This document shows positions 25,350 to 37,115 of a stretch of DNA of 64,000 bases, in pieces. Position numbers and translations under genes: made by a program. The notes under the pieces are model-generated. The model saw only the letters and a list, made by a program, of their open reading frames with translations, made no database searches and was not told the origin of the DNA. Location of the stretch: assembly GCA_028534125.1 (NCBI GenBank), contig CM052817.1, forward strand, positions 92,630,001 through 92,694,000, written 5' to 3'. Source of the DNA: Lama glama (Eukaryota). Each line of letters begins with the position of its first letter. Position 1 is the first letter of the stretch.

Positions 25350-25790
25350 CTGTCAAAAGATGGATGGATAAAGAAGATATATACATATATAGAATACTAC
25401 TACAACAGAATACTACTCAGCCATAAAAAAGAAGGAAATTTTGCCACTTGCAGCCATGTAGATGGACTTGGAGGGCATTATGCTAAATAAAATGTCAGAC
25501 AGAGACAAATACGGTACAATATCACTTATATGTGGAATCTAAAAAATACAACAAACGAGTGAATATAATAAAAAAGAAGCAGACTCACAGATATAGAGAA
25601 CAAATTAGTGGTTACCAGTAGGGAGGAGGGGGGCAATACAGGGGTGGGTGAGTGGGAGGTACAAATCATTGGGTGTAAGACAGGCTCAAGGATGCATTGT
25701 ACAGCACAGGGAATACGGCCAATATTTTGTAGTAACTGTAAATGGACTGTAACCTTTAAAACTTGTATATAAAATAAAAAATTTAAAAAG
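25350..25790 (+). mobile_element. L1 3' end
   Basis: Contains gaatactactcagccataaaaaagaa...gacttggagggcattatgctaa, ending in an A tail. Confidence 0.85.
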
Positions 25791-26974
25791 TGAGAGCTAT
25801 ATTGTAGAGATATAATCTCCTCCTCCTCCTCCTTCTTGTTTTTTGGGCAATAGTCCAGGAATCAATTCCGCTCATAAGAAGCCAAAAATTTCAGCTCACA
25901 ACTAAATGGTAAGCCAACCAAAGAGCTCATCATGGAGTGGTTTTATTACTCTCAGATAGACCTGGTACAGAAAGGAGGCACAGATAAGAGCTGACTTAGA
26001 GTTCTAGAGTGACAGCTCACCGCACCTGCAGCTTCCCACCTTCACACCTGTCTTCTCAGACACCAGCCTCAGCAGATTTCATGGATTCATTCTTGCCAAG
26101 TGTTTTCTAAATTGGAATGCGTGAATTGAAAGAAAAAAGGGCCGTGGGGACTGCTGTCACTATGGGCTGCTGAATTCACGATGCTATTTTGGAAATTGAC
26201 TGTCCTGCACAGCTCGAGGCAAAGACGAAGTCAGATCAATAAAAATAGAGATTTGCCAAAAATGGTTCCGCTTCCATGATGTGACATTGCATCAACCACA
26301 GTATCTAATCATTTTCCATTTTAAAACTTAAAAAAATGATCTGAAGGCATTTGGAATTCTTCTTTACTCTGTCCTAGGTTTTTACTGAACTTGGTTTGTT
26401 TGATAATTTTTAAAAGCAAGGATGTGTCCTTTAATCAAGGCAGAGGCTTTACTTTGAGGCCATAATAATACAAATCAAAATGCTGTCACTGAAACATTTA
26501 GAAGGTTCCCTACAGATAGCACTAATTGGGGAAATTAACTATTAATAATAAAAATATTTACTAAAATTTATCTTCTCCCCTGAGAAAGCTAATACAAAAC
26601 TCATGCGAAAATAACAATGGCCTCTACTGAATTCTTAATGACAACTCTTTGATGTAAGTATTACTATTCTTGTTTTACAGATGAAAAGAAAAAACCTCTT
26701 AGTCCATTTGACACAGTAGTATAAAACCTACTTGACACATTTTCTTTCCTGGTTTCATGCATTGTAAAGACACTGAGAGAATTTAAATAGGGAGTAATAT
26801 GATCTGCTTAATATTTTAAAAGATAATTCTTGCTGTTAAGTGAAGAACAGATTGGTATGACAAAGGGTGGAGATAATCCAGAAGAAACTACTGCAGCAAA
26901 AGAGGTGAAACATGGTGGTGGCTTGTTGTAATAGGAATGGAGGTAAGAGGACAAACTGAAGTAATATTTAAGTT

Positions 26975-27712
26975 TTTATTACTTTTTAATTTTTATACAA
27001 TTTTAAAGGTTACTTTCCGTTTATAGTTATTACAAAAGGTTGGCTATATTCCCAGTACATCTTTGAGCCTATCTTATACCCACAGTTTGTACCACTCATT
27101 CCTCTACCCCCATATTGCCTACCACTCCCCACTAGTAAACACTAGTTTGTTCTCTGTTTGTAAGTCTGCTTCTTTTATGTTATATTCACTCATTTGTTGT
27201 ATTTTTTAGATTCCACATGTACGCGATATCATATAGTATTTATCTCTCTCTGCCTGATTTATTTCATTTAGCATAATGCCCTCCAAGGCCATCCATATTG
27301 CTACAAATGGCAACATTTTGTTCTTTGTTATGGCTGAGTAGTATTCCACTGGAGATATAAACCTATCTATATAACTATCTATATCTATATCTATATCTCA
27401 CACCTTCTTTATCTATTCATCTGTTGATGGACACTTAGGTTGCTTCCATGTCTTGGCAATTGTAAATAGTGCTGCTACGAACATTGGAGTGCATGTATCT
27501 TTTTAAGTTAGTGTTTTTGGTTCCTTTGGGTATATACCCAAGAGTGGAACTGCTGGGTCACCTGCTAGTTCTATTTTTAATTTTTTTTGAGAAACCTCCA
27601 TCCTGTTTTCCACAGTGGCTGCACCAACTTACATTCCCACCAACACTGTACAAGGGTTCCCATTTCTCCACATCTTTGCCAACATTTGTTATTCGTCTTC
27701 TTTCTGATGATG
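26975..27712 (-). mobile_element. L1 ORF2 C-terminus and 3' end, inserted into an L2
   Basis: Encodes [30 protein letters not shown] (L1 ORF2 C-terminal motif). TSD-like tgaa(g/a)taatattt lies on both sides. Confidence 0.9.
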
Positions 27713-28079
27713 CATTGAAATAATATTTTAGAAGAAGGATATAAGAGAAAGGAGGAAGTAACTCCCATATGTATTGAGCAACATGGGTACCACTTACTGA
27801 GCTGGAGAAACTGGAGGACGAACAGGTGGGGATAGATCAGAGTTCAGTTTTGTGTATGCTGTGTTTGAGCTGCCTGTAAGATGTCCAAGGGAGATGGCAG
27901 TTGGCAGCCAGATATAGGAGTCTGGAGTTTAGAGGCGAGGCCATGACTATCATTAAATTTCAGAGGCTTCAACATAACGAAGGTATTTTAAACCATGTGA
28001 GTAGATGAGGTTTTCTAGAGACTGTAGAGAGAGAAGATAGTGCCAGGGGCAGAGCTCCTGGGAACAGCAAAAACTAGAG

Positions 28080-28395
28080 GCAGAGACTCAAACAGGTGCC
28101 CCTGCCATAATTTGTTTGGCTCACACAATGTCTTTTTTTTTTTTTTAATGTGAATTAGTTACCAATATTTAAAAGTCAAGCTATTTTACATACAAAATTG
28201 AAATTTATCTTGGGAAAAGCAATATCCAGCAATATATGTCAAACTCCTGGATGGAAATCCCTGGGGGAGCCCGAGTGAACGCTGCCCCACCTAGCTCAGG
28301 GTACAGAGGCTCATGGCCACCACAGCCATCCAGCAGTCTCTGCACTGGTTCACATACTTGCTTGGCCAGTGCAGACATCTGAGTTTGAAATCTCA
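28080..28395. mobile_element. hAT-Charlie MER102-like element
   Basis: Contains tttgtttggctcacacaatg...tgaattagttaccaatatttaaaa...catctgagtttg. Confidence 0.55.
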
Positions 28396-28941
28396 CATTT
28401 AGGGAGAGGGCAGACGAATAACAGACGGGCCCCCAAATAAACTGCAAATAGCCAGGCAGAGTAAAAGAATATTGTGTCATTGATTAACTTCCTTCTTTTC
28501 TTTTAGATACATTCTGCTTTTTTTTTCACCTCCTTTATAGGCACAGACTCAAAATTTTAAATCCGTACCCAAGAAAATGAGATACCATATTACTGAACTG
28601 GTTGGGGTGGATTTAAAGACTGATCCCAAGTCATCTAATTCTCAGCCTTGAATCTCGTCATTGCAGTTACAGAGCAACTGATTAGATGGTGAGCAGAAAG
28701 CACTCTGTTTTAAATGGAGCTTTGTGACTTATTTTATTGACCCGTAACTACTACTTTCATATATTTCTACATTTAATTCTAAGTAAAATCCATCAGTAGC
28801 CTTCTTGTGGTTAACCAAAACAATTCTTAGTGGTGGAGTTTGTTTTATTAATTCCACTTAGTCTGTAAATTATTAATACCTTTGGTCTATTCCTTTCCTC
28901 TTAAATACATAAAATGTTACCTAAAGTGTCATAGGTTTTCC

Positions 28942-29655
28942 TCCTACACTGTTTGTAGAAACGTAAATTGGTGCAGCCACTATGGAGAACAGTATGGAGA
29001 TTCCTTGAAAAACTAAAAATAGAGTTGCCATATGATCTAGTAATCCCGCTCCTGGATACGTATACAGAAAAGATGAAAAATCTAATTGGAAAAGATACAT
29101 GCATCCCAATATTCTAACAGCACTATTTGCAATAGCTAAGATATGGAAGCAACTTAAATGTCCATTGACAGATGAATGGATAAAGAAGTTGTGGTATATT
29201 TATACAATGGAATACTACTCAGCCACAAAAAAGAATGAAATGCCATTTGCAGCAACTGGATAGACTTAGAGATTATCATATTAATGAAGTAAGTCAGACA
29301 GAGGAAGACAAATATCATATGATGGAGTCTAAAAATGATACAAATGAACTTATTTACAACATGGAAACAGACTCACAGACATAGAAAACAAATTTATAGT
29401 TACCAAAAGGGAAAGGGGTGGGGAGGGATAAATTAGGAGTTTGGGATTAGCTGATACAAACTACTATATATAAAATGGATAAAAAACAAGGTCCCACTGT
29501 AGAGCACAGGGAACTATATTCAATATCTTGTAATAACCTGTAATGAAAAAGAATATGAAGAAGAATAATATGTATGTGTATAACTGAATCACTATGCTGT
29601 ACACCAGAAACTAACACAACACTATGAATCAACTATACTTCTATTAAAAAAAAAA
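28942..29655 (+). mobile_element. L1 ORF2 C-terminus and 3' end
   Basis: Contains aattggtgcagccactatggagaacagtatggag and a polyA tail, with TSD-like aaagtgtcataggttttcc / aaagagtcacagttttcc. Confidence 0.9.
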
Positions 29656-31693
29656 GAGTCACAGTTTTCCCTTTATAAAATGGACATTGCACAGTTGTAG
29701 TTCCACTGTGGTTTGTATAACTGTCCATAACGGGCCTGGCTTAACATTCCCTCCAACCCGCGACCTGTCCTGTTTGGTCTGGGGCATGCAAGGCCTGTCT
29801 TTCTCACTTTCCTGGCTCAGCCCCATACATTGTCAGTGTTCCCATTTCAGAGTCCCATGCACTCCTTCACAAGTAGGAAGCACCTGGTAAATGTCTGCAG
29901 TGGTGCAAATGAACTGAAGTTCCTCTCTGGACACATACATAGGGATCAGGTTTTGTATTTTGTTAACTAATCACAATATTGGTGCCTGCTGAGTACTCAG
30001 TATATGCCAGGGACTATGCTAAGTACTTTAAATAGATTGTCTAATTTAATAGTCACAGTTTACCTATGACATAAGAAGAATTATTATTTCTATTTTCAAG
30101 TGATAAAACTAAGGCTCAGAAAGGCTCAGATCAAAATCTCCAGAGTTTACATGGTAGTAAGAGTTGGATCCAGAATTCACACAGATGTGGGTCTGTCTGA
30201 CACTGGAGTCCATGAACCTGATCATATCTACTCTTCAGAGCTGAGATTCCTAGCCTGAAGACTAGTGGACTTGCAGGGGAGTCCAAGTACCTAAAATTAC
30301 CTACTTTTATGGTTATGTGCATATATGCATTTTTCTGGTCAGAGGGTTGCTTTTATCAGACTTTCACAGAAACCAGAAAAGGCTAAGAAGTATCCACTTA
30401 AGAGGTTCTGCAACCTGGGTGAGTTGGACATGTTGCTGGATTCAACAAGCATGGCTGGGTTTTAAAAAAAAATGTGTATTTTGGTTTACATTTCACTGAC
30501 TATGTGTTTTACTAACTTGACAGGATGATTTTCATATGCAGTCACTGCTTTCCTAGTTAATTGTTTCTATATGATGGTTATTCAAAGTGAAAGCAGAAAA
30601 TTATCCTTCCCAGAATGAGGTTTGATATTTACTCTACGGCCTGACTTATGAAAGGAGGCATAGAGCAGTAGCAGGCTGGAATAAGCCCTCTTCTGTTACG
30701 AATTAACAAACACTGCCCTCAGCATAAGTGTTCGCTGTGTTGAGAGAAAATGAGGGGGTGATGAATATAGTTCCCCAGGTGTCCTGATTCTCCAGGAGGT
30801 TTGGTGGACACATGCTCAGAGCCGTTCTGCACCACAGAAAAGCTTATTTCCCCCATGTACTGGAAAAACAAGTTTTCAAAGAAAAACAGCATCCTTCTGT
30901 CCACTGATCCTGATGCTTATCTTCTTGAACATAGGACATCGTTTCCAATCGCCCTGTATTACACAAAAGCATCACAGGAAAGACACACAACCAGACTGGC
31001 CGACTTACAATGTTGCTATCTTTTCATTTCTTTTCAGAATTAAAGTTTCTTAGGGCTGGGGCACTGCAGATCTATTTCCCCACCGTGTCTTAGTGGGGAA
31101 GTTAATTTGATTCCAAATGCAGAGTGTTTTTAATATGAAAATGTATTCCTTTCACATGCGTTCCTTACTTTTGCCTCTTTTGCTTAGAATTGCTCAGGAG
31201 ATAACTTCTAATTTGGTTTAAATTTTCCCCCTTATGAGTGGCTTTTGCTGTGAGAATGGTAAGCCTTTTGGGTCACTTTCTTCAGAGGCTGTGCAATAAT
31301 GTTAATAATAATAGCTGTGTCAGGCATTGCAATTACATATGTCCTGCATGTCATCTTCACAGCGATGCTCTGGATAGGTGTATGATCAACCTCATGACTG
31401 CTTCACACTTCACAGGTGAAGTCAACTTGTCCAAGGTCAAGAACATAGAAAGGGGCAGAAATGGAATCTCAACCCAAGTCGGTGCTCTTGACAGCTGTGC
31501 TATTCTGCGATGGCAGAGCTGTTAGACTTCTATTTGGCTGCTAAGTCGTTCCCATAAACAATGCTTGGCCACCTTAGAGAACCAAGCCTTCTAGGCTTAC
31601 AACATAAATTCAGACATTGGGCCAAATGACTCCTAACATTTGTCCAGCTACAACTGGCACTTTGGTCTTTCAAAATTCTTGCTCCATAATTAT

Positions 31694-31827
31694 TTTTTGC
31701 GGGGGGGTGGGGATTAGGTTTATTTATGTATTTGTCTTAGTTTTTTTAAATAGAGGTATTGGGGATTGAACCCAGGACCTTGTGCATGCTAAGCACATAC
31801 TCTACCACTGAGCTACATCCACTCCCC
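31694..31827 (-). mobile_element. Camelid tRNA-derived SINE (Vic-1-like)
   Basis: Consensus head with TSD tgctc(c/t)ataattat. Confidence 0.85.
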
Positions 31828-33049
31828 ATGCTCTATAATTATAAATATAAAACATGGTGAACTCAAATCAGGAAAAGTTTTTATCACCTGGGGAGGTTTA
31901 AAGCATTGATTTCATTCTGACTTAGTAAAGGAGAATTTCCTGGAAGTTTATACATTAAGTTAGATCACAACTTATGATTTCATTCTGCTTTTATCTCTTC
32001 ATCACTGGTTTTCTTTCCCTGTGCCACTTCACCCAGCAGGATAAAGATTTTCTCCATTTGCCCAAACTCCTTATGATTTCACTAACAATTCATTCATTGA
32101 GTAATTCCTTACTAAGTGCCGAAAGAAAGGACAATGTGATTTTGGCATTAGGCTTAGGTTAGTTTTTGCAGGAAAGAAGGCATAATCTAGTGAATGTGCA
32201 TGCTGTTAACAGTTATTTTACAATTCGTAGTTAACACTACCTACAGAAAATCTTAAGCATTAAGCGTAGTATCTGTTATATGGAAGGCTCTCCATAAATG
32301 TGACTATGACTGGAATGAAAAAGGAGTAAAAAAGGGAAAGCTACCAGATGGATTTAGAGAGACAGGCAGATACCACGCAGACATCTGTTTTTGCAGTTAT
32401 ATGAAATTATCCATAGACTTCATTTATTTATTCATCAATTTATTTAATCACTAATTTATTCAATGGGAATTTACTGAACACTTACTAGGTACACAGCAGT
32501 GTTGATGAGCTTTGGAGGAAATAAAGATGAACTAAACAAAGGTTCTGCTTTTAAGCTGAATTTGATCTAGTAAAAGAGATCAGACTTGTGTCTATATAAA
32601 TTTAATACAAGGTGATACATGCCAAAAAAGAGGTATAAATAAAATGCTAAAGAAACAGAAAAGTGAGGAAAATTCTACCTCCAGTTGGGTAACCAAGGTT
32701 TGTGAAGTAGGTTACAATGGAAACCAGTGGTGAGATCTGATTAGCACTGGGAAGTACTATTGGGAGACGGGGGAGATGGTATTTCTGACAGGAGAGCCAA
32801 CCTGACTAGGCATTGTCAGAGCAAATTTCAAGGCATGTGGATGGTTCAACTTGGCTGTAGCTGAGTATATGGAGAACCCTCGGCAAAGTGCCAGATCTAG
32901 CCTGCAGGTACTCTGCCCCCTTCCTGCCCTCAGTGCTCTCCTGTTTCCTAGGAAACCCTTTGCCACTGGTTCCTCCAGTCTTTCAAACATTTTTTTTTTC
33001 CCGGTAAATCAACTTCACTGAAGCATAACTTTGATGAGCTTTTGTCATT

Positions 33050-33223
33050 CTTTTTTTTTTTTCAATTGAAGTACCGTCAGTTACAATGTGTCAGTTTCTG
33101 GTATACAACACAATGTCCCAGTCATGCATATACATACATATATTCATTTTCATATTCTTTTTCATTAAAGGTTATTACAAGATATTGAACATAGTTCCCT
33201 GTGCTATAACAGCAGAAACTTTT
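33050..33223 (-). mobile_element. Short, 5'-truncated young L1 3' end
   Basis: Perfect 16-bp TSD aactttgatgagcttt at 33027-33042 and 33224-33239. Confidence 0.85.
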
Positions 33224-33416
33224 AACTTTGATGAGCTTTGATGGATGTGACGGATGGAAGTACCCGTGCAATCACCTTTACTATCCTGATAGTATTCAAA
33301 GTGCTAAACATTTCTACTTCCTCCCAAAGCCTTCTTGTGCCCCTTTATGGTCATTCCTTCCCTTTGTCCCTGGCCCCACATAACACCTGATCTGTTTTCC
33401 TTTTTATAACACTTTA

Positions 33417-33645
33417 TCAGGGTTTTTCAATATTGGTATAATTGATGTTAGGGGTTAGATAATTCTTTGTTGTGGGGAAGATGTCCTGTAAATTGTAGGA
33501 TGTTTTGTGGCATTCTTGGTCTCTACCCATTGAATGCCAAGAGCACCACCCTCCTCCCCAGCTGTGACAATCAAAAAAGTCTCCAGACATTGCCAAATGC
33601 CACCCTACCAGGGGGAAAAATCACCTCCAGTGGACAATCATGGCT
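33417..33645. mobile_element. MER20 (hAT-Charlie)
   Basis: Contains ataattctttgttgtgggg...gtgacaatcaaaaaagtctccagacattgccaaatg. Confidence 0.8.
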
Positions 33646-34975
33646 CTAGATTAAGATGCATTTTCTATAATTTTATACACATGAAATTTTACAGTATGTA
33701 CTCTCTTGTGTCTGGTTTCTTTCATTCGGTATACTCATTTTGAAATCCAGCCATGATGTTGCATGTATCAATAGTTCACTCCTTCTTACTGCTGCATAGT
33801 CATCCATTATATGGATATACCACAGTTTGCTTATTCATTCATAAGCTGATGATCATTTGAGTTACTTCCAGTGTTTGTCTTCTGTGAATAAAGCTGCTAT
33901 GAACATTTGTGTGCAAGTCTTTTTGAGGGCATACATTTTCATTTCTCTTGAGTAAATACCTAGAAGTGCATTGCTGGGTCCATATGGTGAGTATATGTAA
34001 CTATATAAGAAACTGCCAATTTTTTTTTTTTGGTGGGAAAAAACCACAGCATATTAAATTCACTCTCAAAACAACTTCCAAGTATACAGTACAATATTGT
34101 CAATCACATGCACACTATTGTGCAACAGATCCCTTTAACCTCACCATCCTGAATGATTCCTGCAAAATAAGGGCCCAATTTCTTTCTTTTGCATGTAGAT
34201 TTTCAGTTTTCCCAACACCATTTGTCGAGAAGAATATTCTTCCTCATTGTGTAGTTTCGACACCCTAGTCACAGAGCATTTGACCAAATATATGAGGGTT
34301 TATTTCTGGGCTCTCTGTTCTGTTTCACTGGTCTGTATGTTTCTATGCCAGTACTACACTGTTTTAATTATGGTAGCTTTGTAATATATTTTGTAATTGA
34401 GAAATGTGAGGCCTCTAGCTTTGTTCTTCTTAGGATCCTTTTGGCTAGTCAGGGTCCTCTGAGATTCCATATTAATCTTGGGAATTTTTTCCTATTTCTG
34501 TAAAAAAATACCATTGGGATTCTGATGGAGATTGCATTGAATCTGTAGATTGCTTTGGGTAGTATGAACATTTTAACAATATTAAGTCTTCCAATCCACA
34601 AATAGGAGATATCTTTCCATTTATTGTGTCTTTTAAATCCCTTTCAGAGCAATGTTCTGTAGTTTTTAGTGTAAAAGTTTTTATATCCTTAGTTAAGTTT
34701 ATTCCTAAGTACTTTATTCTTTTTGATGCTGTTGTAAATGAGATTGTTTTCTTAATTTTCTTTTCATGGTTGTTCATTTTTAGTGTATGGAGAAACCACA
34801 GCTGTGTGTGTGTGTGTGTGTATGTTTACTGGTTTTTGTGGGGGACGTAATTAGTTTTGTTGATTTTATTTTCTAATAGATTTACTGGGGTTTTTGTGTG
34901 TTTGGTCAAATGCCTTTTCTGCATCAATTGAGATGATCACATTATTTTTATGCTTTGTTCTACTAAAGTGGTGTA
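33646..34975 (-). mobile_element. Nested older L1 fragments (3' end and ORF2)
   Basis: The minus-strand ORF 34472-34777 gives ISFTTASKRIKYLGINLTKDIK, a classic L1 ORF2 motif. The frame is disrupted. Confidence 0.85.
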
Positions 34976-35367
34976 CCCTTGTGGAGCTCTATGACCCATT
35001 TCAAGTTAATTTTACATATGGTACAAGGTAAAGGTTGGTGTTCATTTTCTCCCAACATTTTTGTAGTCTATTTCTGGTATTACACTCATTTATTTTGAAA
35101 TACCTAGAATGATTTCCACTTTCCTGACTGGCTTCATTATATACAGGCAATGACGTTGGAAAGATAGGCTGCAGTAAAACTGAAGAGTGATTTGAATGCC
35201 GGGTTGAAGTGTCATGACTTTATCTAATATACATGAATTATATTATATTTGTGCATAGAAAGTACTTGCTTAAAAACTACTGAAAGTAAACAATCTCAGT
35301 TCCCTTACCAGTAAAATAGTGACAGTAATACTTTTTTGGGAGCCTGTAATGAAATCTGGTACGTTTC

Positions 35368-35430
35368 TGTGTGTGTGTGTGTATTTGTGTGTGTGTGTGT
35401 GTGAGAGTGGGTACACACACACCTACACAG
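35368..35430. repeat. (TG)n microsatellite followed by an inverted (CA)n tract
   Basis: Directly visible in the sequence. Confidence 0.85.
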
Positions 35431-37010
35431 TGCTTCACTTCACAGTGTGTCTGGCACATGCTATGTGAGATAATATGCAGCTATTATTGTATTTAGTACA
35501 TTGACTGAGAACCTGCTTTCTTCTGATCTCATTAAGCCTCTCGGCTTCCTCCTTCGTCTATCAATGTCCTGATGGAGAAAGAATGCCCTTTCTTTCCCTG
35601 GCACTGTTTCCCCACTGCTTCTGTACTGTTCTATTTCTTCTGTGTTGCTGATGTAGGTGGCTGCATCAACCTTTTGTAAAGAGCTCAATTGCCATGTGAC
35701 AGCCTTATTCCTCCTATGTGTACAAGTGTCACCCTGTTACAAGATAGTCCGATATAAGAGCCAAGAGAAACTGGAGAACAGGCTCTGATGGAAACATAGA
35801 GTTTAGTTTAAAGGTCAAGTCGCGGGACACAGTGAAGTAGGGAATTCTTTACTTCACTCCGGGGGGGGGGTGGGGTGCGGAGGACAGAAATAGGAACAGT
35901 TTCTTACACGTAACGTTTTCAAAAAGAAAGAAGCATTTTAAATGGTGAATCTGTTGAAATACAAGTCCTCAAGCAGAGCACAAGCAAATTACAAGGTAAA
36001 TCAACAGCTCAGCCAGGGACTGAACACTGCCAGGAGCACAGGAGACAGGTGTCGTTTCACAGCAACCTGTTCTACTATCACAACCGATTTAAGGTTTTTT
36101 TTTTTAATTTTTTAATTTTAAAAAACTGAAGTATAAGATTAAAGGTTTTTAACATAGTTGTTTCCAACCCTTCTGACTACCTACTTCCCCATAAAACACA
36201 TGGAGACGCCTGTTTAAAAAACTTCAAGACTGCAAGTCATTTGTTTGGAAGAACCCCGGATGGCCTCGACTTTCTCCAGTAAATACTGCATCACTCACTT
36301 TTGGCTGGTTGGAGAACAGGTCACAACCTGGCGTTCTGGGGCTGGAGGGGTGGGCTCAAAGCGGTGGCACCAATAAGCCCTCAAGGACTGACGGACTCAC
36401 TCGGAGCTGAAGAAGGCAGGCCTGACGTTTTGACCCAGATCACGAGCTGGTGTCGCAACAATAAATTACTGAAATCCACCTAGATGGATGTGTTTACTCG
36501 CCTCCCTGGAAAACCTAATGGATTCTATCTGATGCATAGAATAGCAGGAGCAATGGGCCAGTCATGCATGTTATTTAATCGTAACCTAACCCATTCCTCT
36601 GGCTCACACAATGCAATTTCCAGCTCTTTGTGTTTAGAACAAAACCCAGAATTTTAATCAATATTTGGCCGTGCATCGGGGATCCCTCACCATGAGTTTT
36701 AGGGTGAAAATAAAGGAGGTATAAAGAGGTCAGCTGTTCAACAAGGGGACGTGAAAAGGCAGAGGGAATGAGGGGGCACACTGAAATGGCCAGACATCGG
36801 TCTCCATGCTGCTCCCTTGGGGAAAGAAACCATTGCTCTTCTAATCTCTTGTGCCTCCTTCCGCTTTGTTTCGTGGCCAAACAGATAAAGCTGGAAGAGC
36901 CTTAGTGCTTATTTCATCACGTACTTGGCCAATCAAATAAGATGATGGATAGAAAGCATTCAGCCCAGTTTCTTGTTTAGACAAGATCTTAATAAAATAC
37001 AGACTGGAGT

Positions 37011-37115
37011 GGGGGAGGGGGTAGCTCAGTGGTAGAGCGCATGCTTACCATGCATGAGGTCCTGGGTTCAATCCCCAATACCTCCATTAAAAATACATAA
37101 ATAGAATTTTAAAAA
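37011..37115 (+). mobile_element. Camelid tRNA-derived SINE (Vic-1-like), intact A and B boxes
   Basis: A box tagctcagtgg, B box ggttcaatcc, and A-rich tail. Confidence 0.85.

Noticed and set aside
34472..34777. ORF with reverse-transcriptase-associated motif IKYLGINLTK
   Set aside because: Frameshifted L1 ORF2 relic, not a gene.
37011..37085. tRNA-Ala-like gene with A and B boxes
   Set aside because: It is a SINE head with an A-rich tail, one of at least 8 dispersed diverged copies.
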